NCBI GenBank assembly: GCA_963709405.1 | Contig: CAVPXM010000055.1 | Coordinates: forward strand, 32,001 to 96,000 | Direction of reading: 5' to 3' | DNA: 64,000 nt | DNA from: an uncultured Nitrososphaerales archaeon | GTDB lineage: Archaea > Thermoproteota > Nitrososphaeria > Nitrososphaerales > Nitrososphaeraceae | Shown: in pieces, positions 1 through 10,819 of the stretch | Numbering within the stretch: position 1 is the stretch's first letter | Layout of the letters: each line of letters begins with the position of its first letter | Position numbers and translations under genes: made by a program | The notes under the pieces: model-generated | The model's input: only the letters and a program-made list of their open reading frames with translations | What the model was told of the DNA's origin: nothing | Database searches by the model: none

Positions 1-2
1 AT

Positions 3-1523
3 CTTGATTATGGTGAGACTTCCTTGAATAATACTTATGGGCGCGGAGTAATTGAAAGGACCGAACTAAAAGCTTCTAATCAAGTGAACAATTTCCATTC
101 GAGAGAACCGGTCAGCTCACCAATAACACCATCTATCGTTACCAGCAAACATGAAGTTATTTTGTATTGCTTGGGTGGAGTAAAACAGGTAGGCCGGTCG
201 TGCTTTATTGTAGTAACACCAGAGAGCAAAGTGATGCTGGATTGTGGTATAAATCCAGGAGAGGCGTTAGCCTTGAACGCATATCCACGTCTTGATTGGT
301 TTTCATTCAATCTAGCCGACCTTGACGCGGTAATAATTAGTCATGCACATATTGATCACCAAGGATTTTTGCCTGCATTATACAAGTATGGCTATAAAGG
401 ACCAGTCTATTGTACTGAACCTACTTTGCCTCTTATGACTCTATTGCAGATGGATTCAATCAAGATCGCCAACAGCAATGGAGCTTATATTCCATATGAG
501 TCAAGAGATGTTAACGAAGTAATTAAGAGATGCATAACATTGCCATACGGGAAGCCAACGGATATCTCTCCAGATATCACTGTTACATTAAATAATGCAG
601 GTCATATAATGGGCAGTGCAACAGTACATCTAAACATCTCTGGTGTACACAACATTCTATATTCAGGAGATTATAAATATGCAAGGACGCAGCTCTTGGA
701 CAATGCTCTTTCTATTTATCCTAGGGTAGAAACTCTGATCACAGAAAGTACCTATGGAAATTCAGCCGACGTAATGCCAGAGCAATCATTAGTATACAGC
801 AGCTTCACAGAGAGTATCAATAATACCCTTAGAAATGGCGGGAAAGTGTTGATACCAGTTCCTGCTGTGGGCAGAGCTCAAGAAATAATGTTGGTCATAG
901 ACAAAGAGATGAAAGAAGGACGTCTATTGGAATCTCCTATTTATATTGAGGGAATGATTTCAGAGGCGAGTGCAATACATATGTCGTATGCACATTACTT
1001 GGGTTATAATGTTCGCAAGTCTGTAACTGAAGGAGTTAACCCATTTCAATCTGAGTATTTTACAATAGTTAACGGTACCAGAAAAAGGGAGGAAATTTTC
1101 AATGATGAGAGTCCATCAATTATTATGGCAACCTCAGGGATGTTAGAGGGTGGACCATCAGTTGAATATTTTAAGGAGATTGGCCCAGATGAAAAGAACA
1201 AGATTATATTTGTCTCATATCAGATAAATGGCACCCTCGGAAGGAGAGTTATAGATGGAGTAATGAATGAGATAAGTATGATGGATAAGAATGGTAAGAT
1301 GAAAGTGATTCCAGTCAAGTGTCATACTCAAAAGATCGATGGTTTTAGTGGTCATAGTGATTTCAACCAAATTATGAGTTTTGTTTCGAGGATAAAACCG
1401 AAGAGGGTTTTGGTGAATCATGGAGAAAAATCAAAGTCTGAGAATATTGCTAGCACTATTTATCATAGATTGAAGATAAGATCTGGAGTCCCAGATATGA
1501 GGGAAATTATTCGACTCCGGTGA
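3..1523 (+). CDS. beta-CASP ribonuclease aCPSF1 (5'-partial; reading frame is open from the window edge)
   Basis: Motifs GGVKQVGRSC, MLDCG, SHAHIDH, AGHIMGS, ESTYG, AVGRAQE, SGMLEGG, GFSGHSD and VNHGE of the metallo-beta-lactamase/beta-CASP family. Confidence 0.92.
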   Translation, partial: LDYGETSLNNTYGRGVIERTELKASNQVNNFHSREPVSSPITPSIVTSKHEVILYCLGGVKQVGRSCFIVVTPESKVMLDCGINPGEALALNAYPRLDWFSFNLADLDAVIISHAHIDHQGFLPALYKYGYKGPVYCTEPTLPLMTLLQMDSIKIANSNGAYIPYESRDVNEVIKRCITLPYGKPTDISPDITVTLNNAGHIMGSATVHLNISGVHNILYSGDYKYARTQLLDNALSIYPRVETLITESTYGNSADVMPEQSLVYSSFTESINNTLRNGGKVLIPVPAVGRAQEIMLVIDKEMKEGRLLESPIYIEGMISEASAIHMSYAHYLGYNVRKSVTEGVNPFQSEYFTIVNGTRKREEIFNDESPSIIMATSGMLEGGPSVEYFKEIGPDEKNKIIFVSYQINGTLGRRVIDGVMNEISMMDKNGKMKVIPVKCHTQKIDGFSGHSDFNQIMSFVSRIKPKRVLVNHGEKSKSENIASTIYHRLKIRSGVPDMREIIRLR

Positions 1524-1586
1524 CTGTGGTGCATATTTTTCCATATCCTTTTTAGCCATGTATACGTAATATAATTGCGGTAAGAG

Positions 1587-1733
1587 TTGGCAATAAGATA
1601 TAAGTGCGTAAATTGTAACATTGTTTTGAGTGGAGAAGGTGCTTCTAGACATTACCTTGCCAATCCTAACCACAAATTAGAAAAACTACCCCCACCTCTA
1701 AAACCAGTTAAGAATCCTGATGCCAGGTCCTGA
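1587..1733 (+). CDS. putative 48-aa C2H2-type zinc-finger microprotein (not in ORF track)
   Basis: Hand translation from TTG: MAIRYKCVNCNIVLSGEGASRHYLANPNHKLEKLPPPLKPVKNPDARS*; CxxC...HxxxxxxH; AT-rich TATA-like stretch at about 1567-1575. Confidence 0.6.
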   Translation: MAIRYKCVNCNIVLSGEGASRHYLANPNHKLEKLPPPLKPVKNPDARS

Positions 1734-2075
1734 CAACTAAGATTTTTTAAGTGACTCGGCAAATAAGTAAATCGCTGCCGAACTAGGCAGCCGATAGTCT
1801 TATTTTGTATTCGATCAGAATTCTGTCGGATGGAATGTATTCTTTGGATCTTTAACCATGACGCAATACGTTTTTGCGTCTAATGAATAAGGCAGAGTGG
1901 AATTGGATCAGTTATCAAAATTTCATGTCTAGAAATTATAACGAACAATGAGCAGCGTTTATGTTCCAAATGCTACGGTATTGTCTCATCCCTCATTCAG
2001 GCGATGAATCGCATTTTTAGAGAGGGTTTTGGATTACGATGGATGTTTGAAATTTGATGCACCTACAATACTCTA

Positions 2076-2875
2076 TTATCTAAAATATTCTGAAGATATG
2101 CTGTCAAAGAGTAGCTTACCCGAAACTACGATTAGCGAAATCGAAAGCAACCTGACGAGAAGAGTGTCGCTCACATATCTTGACAAATTCGCACCTATTT
2201 GCGCTCCAATAACTGACCCTATTGAGAGAAAAATTGCAGGTAGATATTCTGGATGGCCCAAAGAGATGTGGACAACATTTCCAACTATGGATGTTATTAG
2301 CAGCGAAAACTGCGACGTCGCAGCCACTGTACTCATTGTTAAATTCAAAACTACAAGCATTAATGGCACAAAAATTATCCCTCCCCCGATTCCAAACAAA
2401 CTAGAGACTAATCCAGTCTGCTAGACAACCAGCGCTCAATATGAGGTTTCCAGTTCTCTTGTTGTAGGTACTAGGATATCCTTTGATATCTCCTTTCCTT
2501 CCTATATTATTTCTTACCCAAAGATATATACCAGTTAGAAACAAAATAATAGCAAAATACATCTTGAATTGCCCTAATGGCAGAATTGAAGATAACATGG
2601 CACCTATTGCGAGCGCCAGGTATGGCAAATGATGCCATTCGTATCCCTAGACGGTACTTTATTTTCCCTTGTCTTGAATAAGCAATAGTAGAAGAAAGAG
2701 ACGTGGACGACACTGATATCAAACTAGTACTGGAAATTTGGGCGGGATTAAGACCCATGAACGTCAATACAGGCGAGATGATGATGCCACCGCCAACCCC
2801 CACCATCGCTCCCACTATTCCTGCAGCTGTTCCTATAACGATCATTACAATAATTTGTTCAATCAAATAATCCAC
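2076..2875 (-). CDS. TauE/SafE family sulfite exporter, split over three ORFs by two frameshifts
   Basis: Twin G-x-GGG-I-I motifs (GVGGGIIISPVL and GIGGGIIFVPLM), hydrophobic TM segments, GAQIGA; ORFs 2507-2875, 2401-2628 and 2076-2399 are consecutive parts. Confidence 0.8.
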
Positions 2876-3148
2876 ATCTCAATACAACGAAACCTGATTG
2901 TATCCTACTTTTGTGGAGATTGGAAGTGAAATGTTAGGGAAGACAAATTTAAATCCATTGCTAATCAACTTGGCTTCCAGTATAAAAGGCTAATCCTTCT
3001 GACAAGAACCGCGTAGATCTCATCTGGATTAAAAATCATACCAACTATATTCGGGAATGACGACGCTCAGTATTTCATAAAAGACTCGACGTCAACCATA
3101 TGTGTACTTGTAAACATATTAAAGCCAGCTCGGTATTGAAAATTTAAC

Positions 3149-4169
3149 TTGCGACTTATTTTGGCTGGATTTGGTGTTGTTGGACAAAGCCTTGCAAAGA
3201 TTCTGTTGTCACGGGCAAGCGATTTGTATACTCTATATGGAATCAATCCTAAGATTGTTGCTTGTTTGGATAAAGAGGGGTCGGCGGTTTCTCAAACTGG
3301 ACTGGACCTTCATCGGTTACTAGGGGCAAAGATGTCAAAAGGCACAGTAGCTGCTTATGACAATAATCCATCTAAAGCATCTTTGACAAGCATTATGGAG
3401 AGCGTTGAAGCAGAAATTCTTATTGAAATGACCCCTACAAATTTGGATGACGCTGAACCTGGCCTCACGAACATTATTTCTGGAATGCGGGCTGGCAAAC
3501 ACATAATTACCGTTAACAAAGGACCACTTGCGTTAGCTTTCCCTTCTTTAATAGAATTAGCACATTATAACAATATTATGTTTCGTTTCAGTGGAACTGT
3601 AGGAGGAGGGACGCCGATATTAGAGTTCGCCAAGAGATGCTTGAATGGTGACCGAATTATTTCCTTCAAAGGAATCTTGAATGGTACTACCAATTACATA
3701 TTAAGTAAGATGGATGAAGGCCTCAACTTTGATGATGCCCTCAACGACGCAAAGATAAAAGGCTATGCGGAGGCGTCGCCTATGCTTGATCTTGAAGGTT
3801 ATGATGCAGCTTCTAAACTTGTTATCATGGCCAACTGGATAATGGGATTGAAAGTAACTATTAGAGACGTTAAGAGAGAGGGTATCACTCATATCGGGCT
3901 ACCAGAAATCACTAGAGCTGCCAGTAGAAAACAATTCGATAAAACTAATTGCATATTGTGACAACAAACGTCTGGAAGTGAAGCCTACAATGATACAAAA
4001 AAATGATCCTATATGCGTGAACGGCACTCTAAATGCAGTAACATTCTGTTCAGAATACTCAGGAGACAAAACGATCATTGGGCGAGGGGCAGGCGGCATG
4101 GAGACCGCTAGTTCGATCATTAGAGATCTGATTGAAATAAGAGAATCGATAATTGAGAACAATCTTTGA
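3149..4169 (+). CDS. hom: homoserine dehydrogenase (frameshift near 3930)
   Basis: GFGVVG, TVNKGPLA, GTVGGGTP, GILNGTTNYIL, GYAE..P..DLEGYDAASKL; the C-terminal GRGAGGMETASS is in ORF 3978-4169. Confidence 0.9.
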
Positions 4170-4323
4170 GTACACTTTCTTAGTCTTTTGAATACTATCT
4201 TTTTTGACTTCTAAGATATTACTGGAATAATTTGTGAAATAAATTTTGAATAGAAAGTATAAATTTGTTTACTGATCTTATTCGTGAAAAGGATTAATAG
4301 CCTGGCCAGCCAATTTGAGCTAA

Positions 4324-4974
4324 GTGTATAGCGGGGAATTGGAAGTCCATGCCAATCGAAAGGCTCTGGCTGTATTGCATGATGTAATAAGCAGGATTCT
4401 AAATTCTGCCAGAGATTTGTCTGCTCTGATAGACTCTCTAATAAAGGGAGATGTAAAAGACATCAAGATATGTCTCAACAAGATGAAAAATTCAGAAGAG
4501 GTTGTAGAAAATTTGAGAATAATATTGACCCGCGAAGTGGCTGAAATCGGTAGTCTCACCGTTTACAGGGAGGGAGTTTTGAGAACCACTTACATAATGG
4601 ATGAAATTGGCGCCTATATCAGGTCGATTTCGGTTAGACTTCTCGATATCAATATTTCTGTCTTAAGAAGGGCAGATTTTGACCTAGATCTTAAAGATCA
4701 AATTAGTATGACCGTGGAAATGATTTTCAAAATATGTGGGATGGGACGCGCTGTTAGTAGACCCTTAAGTATTATGGAGCTTGCTGAGCAAGTACAAAAG
4801 GTAGAAGGGCGAGTCGATACTCATTATCGTACTGTAACATTAAAGGCTGTAGACGAAATCGGAATCGGTAAAGACCTTTTACTCCTAAAGGACTCTATGG
4901 ACTGTATAGAAGCCATGTCAAATAAATGCCACGAAGGTTCAGACTCGTTGACTATTTTGGCTCTCAGTATGTAG
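4324..4974 (+). CDS. DUF47 / PhoU-like helical protein
   Basis: All-helical 216-aa protein with the E..VD..YR motif; N-terminus MYSGELEV is typical of the thaumarchaeal DUF47 gene upstream of endA. Confidence 0.7.
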   Translation: MYSGELEVHANRKALAVLHDVISRILNSARDLSALIDSLIKGDVKDIKICLNKMKNSEEVVENLRIILTREVAEIGSLTVYREGVLRTTYIMDEIGAYIRSISVRLLDINISVLRRADFDLDLKDQISMTVEMIFKICGMGRAVSRPLSIMELAEQVQKVEGRVDTHYRTVTLKAVDEIGIGKDLLLLKDSMDCIEAMSNKCHEGSDSLTILALSM

Positions 4975-4976
4975 TA

Positions 4977-5534
4977 ATGCTCACATTGCATACAGAAGGA
5001 TACCTCGTCGAAAATAGGATAATAGTTTGGGACATTGATTCCTCTAGAAGATTGTACTCAAGGGGATTCTTTGGCAAGCCGATGGGCATTTCAAAGCCTC
5101 GAGGGATAGAATTTGAAAGCCCTCTCATTTTGGATTTGATAGAGAGTTGTTATCTCATGCAACATAATCAGTTGCATGTTAGGACGCGATCGCACCAGAA
5201 GGTATCAACCAGAAAAATAAAGGCTATGTGTAGAAAAGTATATTCTGATTTTGATAGAAAATACCTAGTCTTTCAGGATCTTCGAGATAAAGGGTATATC
5301 GTATCTCCCGGAATTAAATTTGGTTGTGATTTCGCGGTTTATGAGCGAGGGCCAGGTATTGATCATGCACCGTACCTGATTGAGGTATACAAAAGAAAAG
5401 AACTTGTCACGGCAACAGGAATAGTTCTTGCAGGCAGATTGGCCACGACAGTGAAAAAGCAATTCATACTGGCAATTCCGAACATGAATAAAAAAAATGT
5501 CGTTTATGTGGGATTTGAATGGTGGCGAGCATGA
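4977..5534 (+). CDS. endA: tRNA-intron endonuclease, catalytic subunit
   Basis: LILDLIE, VFQDLRDKGY, GIKFGCDFAVYERGPGIDHAPY, GRLATTVKK (Tyr/His/Lys triad); start taken at ATG 4977. Confidence 0.9.
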   Translation: MLTLHTEGYLVENRIIVWDIDSSRRLYSRGFFGKPMGISKPRGIEFESPLILDLIESCYLMQHNQLHVRTRSHQKVSTRKIKAMCRKVYSDFDRKYLVFQDLRDKGYIVSPGIKFGCDFAVYERGPGIDHAPYLIEVYKRKELVTATGIVLAGRLATTVKKQFILAIPNMNKKNVVYVGFEWWRA

Positions 5535-6218
5535 ATTTTCCTTATGCCGTAGCATTCTTTGTTAAGGTGTTCAAATGAATAATTATTATTTTTTGGATAA
5601 ATCAATCTTTCCGTCGTTTTCACCAAAGGTTGTTAACTTTGTATACGTCCCTCTGATCCTTTTTCAAATTTACTTACCGATTTTAAGATCGAATCGTAAG
5701 GGCGGCAATGCGACTGATTGTTTTTTTGCGGATTTTCTTGCAGGAGAATTTTTGTAGGTGCTTCTAGATATGTCGTACCATTGATTTATGCCGGTGCACA
5801 ATCTATATCTCACCGAATTAAGGACTAACATTAAGCCAAAGTAACAATTATTGATGTTATCATCATCAATCTTGTACTTGAAAATCTCTCGAAAGCGTGG
5901 CAGGTATTTATCGACAAATCGCTGTCCCCACTATTGCCAGTACAGTTCCACTGAAATCGATTATGACCCTGCCTCATTGTTCAATACCTTTATGTCTGGA
6001 AGGATTTTAAGTAGGCCGTCGGTACAATACCGTAACTTCTTATCATCTATACGATAAAAATCTGTATTACATGTCTCACTGTTCGCCGTTTTATTGTCCT
6101 TCTTTTAACTACTCCTCAAGACGGCTAATCCATACTGCATCCAAAGGTTAGCCTCGATCTGCTGTGAAAAGATCAGTGGATACGCTAACTTTATTTACTT
6201 CGTATTGAAGCCTAGGAT

Positions 6219-8018
6219 ATGGATTTACAGTCAGTATCATCATTAAAATTCGCAGGTAAGAATGTTCTAATCACGGGTAGCGGGACGGGCATTGGGCAGA
6301 CGATAGCATGCAAATTTGCCGAAGAGGGCGCAACTATCGTTATAATGGGCAGAAGAAGGGAACCGTTAGACTATACTACTAGTATTTTAGAAAAGTTAAT
6401 CAAATCATCCTCCTCAGGAGCTAAAGTACTTTCATTTCCAGGCATAGATGTGTCTGATGAAATTGGCATAAAGGGCATGTTCGAAGTAATCAAGAAACAG
6501 CTGGGTAAAATTGACATCGTGATCAACAACGCTGGTGTGTCTGGGCCGGTTAAAATCTTCCCCAGCTCAACGTTCAATGAATTCCGTGATTGTGTGTCGA
6601 TTCATTTGTCAGGAAGTTTTTGGACCTGTCAACATGCTATCCCAATTATGGAGAAGGGTGGAAAGATAATTACAATATCAACTTACTTTACGGAAGAAAA
6701 CCGCTTTGAACAAAGGCCATACAGGTTCCGAACCCCTTATACAGCCGCACAAGGAGCCAAGAATAGACTTGGTGAGGCCCTAGGATGGGAATTAACTGAT
6801 AGGGGAATCACTTCGATCGTTACGAACCCTGGCCCGGTACACTCTGATAGGATTTACAAAACAGTATACCCAAAGGCTGCAATGGAGTTCTTGAGAATCA
6901 GCGGCTATCCTGGCTTAACACCCTTAGAAATTGGCTCTCATTCGGAGAAGTTTTTTTCGCTTATGGGCGAGCCTCAAGATGTAATCGCTTCTGGTCTAAA
7001 GGAACTAAGTTTGGAGATCTTGGGAACCAGAAATGATCGGTGCGCAAGTTTGGAATCGCTAAAAGTAACTTTATTAGGTTTAATAAACAAGACTCAAGAG
7101 ATAGCTGAAAAGATTCAGAGTAATACTAGAAAGATGATTTCTGACGGAGAATTCCTTACTCAGGATCAAGTGGCAGAGATGGTATTGTTTCTTGCTGATG
7201 ACAAGATGAGCAAGCTATTGAATAGCCGAGTCATACCAAATGATCGTGTATTCTATCCTGTGAAACCTATAGTAGGATCGTCGGTCCGTCGTAGCAACGA
7301 TCAATTAACCTTAAAGGATAAAGTTATAGTTATTACTACAAATTCTCAACGAGAAAAGGAAATTTTACGTGTACGTGGACTAGCAACCACATTGCTTGGA
7401 TACGGTGTGAAACAGGTTGTCATCCTTTCCTCAGCGAACCACGCAGAATTAAAGGAGTTTCATACGCACTCAATTGATTATTTAAATGATAGGACTATTC
7501 AAAGGCTACTAGATTTGGTGAAAACGAGATTTGGCCAGATAGATGCCTTAGTTCATTTTACTGGAGACTTTGATTACAATTGTCCCCTATTATCTTTTCA
7601 AAGACATGAGTGGCAGTCTCTGGTTGACAATTATATAAACATACCCTACTTGATGATAAAAGGAGCGGTAAGTTCGATGTCAGCTAGCGGTGCAGCGGAA
7701 GTCCCGTCGAAATTTAGATCCTCGAGCGGAACTATCGTAATTGTAGGTCCAGATGCGCCCACTGGCAGGGTTTCAGGGCTCGTAAGGGCTAGATCTGAGG
7801 TATTTCGGGGTGCGCTTAGGCCTCTTGTTACTACGATTAATCAGGAGCTTTCTGATGTCCTAAACTCTTCTATAAGATCCTTTCTGATCCTGGCAGGCAG
7901 CATCGATGGACGGGAGCCGGATGAGCCGAATCTGAAACAATCAATAGTGAGCTTGATTACAGGTCCGGCAGAATATAGTGAACGAATTTTCTATATAGAT
8001 GAAGCGAAATCCAAGTAA
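6219..8018 (+). CDS. tandem-domain SDR oxidoreductase resembling the C-terminal module of malonyl-CoA reductase
   Basis: TGSGTGIG, NNAG, PYRFRTPY, PGPVHSDRI, a helical insert and a second degenerate SDR domain. Confidence 0.8.
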   Translation: MDLQSVSSLKFAGKNVLITGSGTGIGQTIACKFAEEGATIVIMGRRREPLDYTTSILEKLIKSSSSGAKVLSFPGIDVSDEIGIKGMFEVIKKQLGKIDIVINNAGVSGPVKIFPSSTFNEFRDCVSIHLSGSFWTCQHAIPIMEKGGKIITISTYFTEENRFEQRPYRFRTPYTAAQGAKNRLGEALGWELTDRGITSIVTNPGPVHSDRIYKTVYPKAAMEFLRISGYPGLTPLEIGSHSEKFFSLMGEPQDVIASGLKELSLEILGTRNDRCASLESLKVTLLGLINKTQEIAEKIQSNTRKMISDGEFLTQDQVAEMVLFLADDKMSKLLNSRVIPNDRVFYPVKPIVGSSVRRSNDQLTLKDKVIVITTNSQREKEILRVRGLATTLLGYGVKQVVILSSANHAELKEFHTHSIDYLNDRTIQRLLDLVKTRFGQIDALVHFTGDFDYNCPLLSFQRHEWQSLVDNYINIPYLMIKGAVSSMSASGAAEVPSKFRSSSGTIVIVGPDAPTGRVSGLVRARSEVFRGALRPLVTTINQELSDVLNSSIRSFLILAGSIDGREPDEPNLKQSIVSLITGPAEYSERIFYIDEAKSK

Positions 8019-8056
8019 ATAAAAATTTTCGAAAAGCGATGATAGTAAGATCCCAT

Positions 8057-8374
<318 letters not shown>

Positions 8375-8445
8375 TGTTAAATTACGTCAAAACATCACCA
8401 TATATAAACCGTAACAGGCTTAATCGTGTTGAAAAGGCAAAGACG

Positions 8446-9282
8446 TTACGTACCTATTCTAAAATTCTTAGATGCAGATGAGCGCACCGATTCAATTGCA
8501 GAAAGAATTGCCAGGAAGCTTGTTTTTGGATTTCCAGGTGCTTGATTATTCCGTAGTTTAATATTTAACATGCCGAAGCTCCCTTTGGCTATAATCTGAT
8601 GCTGGTTTTGATGAAGCATAGGGTCTGCGATTATCCTAACCATAGTCCTATTCATTCCGATTCCTGCTAAAGCTAAGAGTGATGAAACATTTACATTTAA
8701 AGGAAAATTGACAATTGCATCAGCAGCTGATCCTTGAAAAAGCACAGTTTTCTGAGTTATGGATTCTAGTTTGATCCCACTCTTCTCGAAAAAGGGAGCT
8801 CCCTCCAATGCTTTTGGATTTTTCGTCGTTATGAGAAGGACAGAATCAAGAACATTCCTGATGCTTCGTATGGCATCTATGCCTGCTATCGCCCCTGTCG
8901 GCAGTGACAGGTTCGCATGGTTTTTCTCCAAAGATGTCAAGAGTTCAGACAATAACCGATCATCAACCAATGCACCAACACTCATTATTATTAGATCTTT
9001 TCCCAAATCGAGTAGTCTCCTCCCGAACAATCGGACAGCAGATTGGGAAGCGCTCTCCAGAACGATATTACATGTCTTGAATTCACTAGACGAAATCAAA
9101 TTGGAAAAATCTGAAAAGCATCCAATGCTAGAATTCCTTAATTTGCTTGCGAGACCTTCAGCTGCAGCCTTATTCATGTCAAACAAGAATACAAGTGCGG
9201 TATCCCCTACCTTAGCATCATCTATCGCTAACGCAACCTGAGTTCCTATGGCCCCACAACCTAGTATCCCCACCTTTTTCAA
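8446..9282 (-). CDS. nadX: L-aspartate dehydrogenase (NAD biosynthesis)
   Basis: GCGAIG, ESASQSAV, MSVGAL, GAIAGIDAI, FPLNVNV, NPKTS.LA; near nadA and nadC. Confidence 0.9.
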   Translation of the reverse strand: MKKVGILGCGAIGTQVALAIDDAKVGDTALVFLFDMNKAAAEGLASKLRNSSIGCFSDFSNLISSSEFKTCNIVLESASQSAVRLFGRRLLDLGKDLIIMSVGALVDDRLLSELLTSLEKNHANLSLPTGAIAGIDAIRSIRNVLDSVLLITTKNPKALEGAPFFEKSGIKLESITQKTVLFQGSAADAIVNFPLNVNVSSLLALAGIGMNRTMVRIIADPMLHQNQHQIIAKGSFGMLNIKLRNNQAPGNPKTSFLAILSAIESVRSSASKNFRIGT

Positions 9283-9404
9283 TACTCAATTAATTAAGTA
9301 ACATAGGAGTACATATAACTGTAGCCGGATGAATACTTAATTAAATTGTCACCATAGTGACTCTAGTGTTTAATCGTAATTCGTTCCTACCAAAAATAGT
9401 AGTG

Positions 9405-9602
9405 CTATCTTCTTCCACCTCTTCCACCTCTTCCACCCCTTTCTGGCTTTCTTTGTCCTGGCAATCTTCTCTTTTCGAAACGCTTTTCGAAGTTGTTCTT
9501 GTTACGTAGCCTAGAAACAGGGTGTAATCGTACTTTGCCTTGAATCTTGGGTGTCTGACCTCTAACTTTTCCTGCTTTCGTTAGCGAGCCATGAGTTGGC
9601 AT
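9405..9602 (-). CDS. rps30e: 30S ribosomal protein S30e
   Basis: [20 protein letters not shown] signature. Confidence 0.95.
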   Translation of the reverse strand: MPTHGSLTKAGKVRGQTPKIQGKVRLHPVSRLRNKNNFEKRFEKRRLPGQRKPERGGRGGRGGRR

Positions 9603-9777
9603 GTAATTATCTAGCTATAAATGATTATTCTACGCCTAATATACGTTCCCCTCTATGTCAAACGGCGATAGAGAAAAAGGGGCAATCATTGCCAAATGTA
9701 GCGATAAAACAGGCAATGTAATGCCAGATTATATTAATTTAAATGCTGTTTTATATATAAATACGGTCACCAGAAAC

Positions 9778-10728
9778 ATGTCTGTCCTTGTTAATGAATA
9801 TAAACTTAGAATTGAAGAACTAAAAAAGCAAAGAGGCGCAACCATTTTAGCTCATAATTATCAGCTACCTGATATTCAAGATATTGCTGACTTCGTTGGA
9901 GATTCTTTGGGCCTTTCTAACAAAGCTGCTAAGACAGATAAAGAAACGATAGTGTTTTGCGGAGTACATTTTATGGCAGAAACGGCATCAATTATTTGTC
10001 CCGATAAACAGGTCTTAATTCCTGATCTTGAAGCAGGATGCTCATTAGCCTCTACTATTGATATCGGTCAACTGCAATCATGGAAATCTGAACATAAGGA
10101 TGCAGTGGTGGTAAGCTACGTCAACACTAGCGCGGACATTAAAGCCATGTCCGATTATTGTTGTACGTCTAGCAATGCGGTGAAGGTAGTGAATAGTATA
10201 CCGAAGGATCGGGAAGTTCTTTTTCTTCCAGACATGTTTCTAGGAGCATACGTAGCAGACGTGACTAAGCGTAAGAATATGTTTATCTGGCCAGGAGAGT
10301 GCCATGTGCACGCGGGAATTAGAGCCGAGGACGTTAACAAGATGTTAGCGAAGTTCAAAGATGCGGAGTTCCTTATCCATCCAGAATGTGGTTGCACATC
10401 TTCAGCTTTATATCATAGTTCGAATGGCGATATATCAAAGAATCCACTCGTTCTTTCCACAGAAGGAATGATGAAACATGCCAGCATGTCAACGGCCACA
10501 AATTATGTCATTGCGACAGAAGTAGGCATCTTGTACAGAATGGCCAAAGAAAATCCAACCAAGACATTTATTCCTATTAAGGAGGATGCAGTATGCAAAT
10601 ACATGAAAATGATAACCCTTGAGAAGGTTCATGATTCCCTCACAAGGAACGTTTATCGTGTGAAGGTGCCGCAAAAAATTGCTGACAAGGCAAGATTAGC
10701 GATCGATCGAATGATGCAACTTAGTTGA
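9778..10728 (+). CDS. nadA: quinolinate synthase
   Basis: ILAHNYQ, GDSL, FCGVHFMAETA, AGCSLA, YVNTSA, GECHVH, HPEC, CKYMKMITL; ATG 9778 follows a TATA box (ttatatataaa). Confidence 0.93.
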   Translation: MSVLVNEYKLRIEELKKQRGATILAHNYQLPDIQDIADFVGDSLGLSNKAAKTDKETIVFCGVHFMAETASIICPDKQVLIPDLEAGCSLASTIDIGQLQSWKSEHKDAVVVSYVNTSADIKAMSDYCCTSSNAVKVVNSIPKDREVLFLPDMFLGAYVADVTKRKNMFIWPGECHVHAGIRAEDVNKMLAKFKDAEFLIHPECGCTSSALYHSSNGDISKNPLVLSTEGMMKHASMSTATNYVIATEVGILYRMAKENPTKTFIPIKEDAVCKYMKMITLEKVHDSLTRNVYRVKVPQKIADKARLAIDRMMQLS

Positions 10729-10819
10729 GAATTCCCACACCAGCTGGATAATGTTAAAGGGTTTTTTGAAAATGCGAGAGTAATACAAAGAACATCTCTA
10801 ATTTTTTGTGGCATTGTTA

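Noticed and set aside
1750-2075. Short hairpins (TCGGCA/TGCCGA, GACGCAA/TTGCGTC) and a CSKC-containing frame, possibly an ncRNA or small ORF
   Set aside because: Stems are only 6-7 bp, there are no C/D or H/ACA boxes I can support, and the frame has no start codon
5670-6180. Long minus-strand frame with only three internal stops (...WGQRFVDKYLPRFREIFKYKID...), a possible pseudogene
   Set aside because: No recognisable family motif or clear start; cannot be separated from chance without a search
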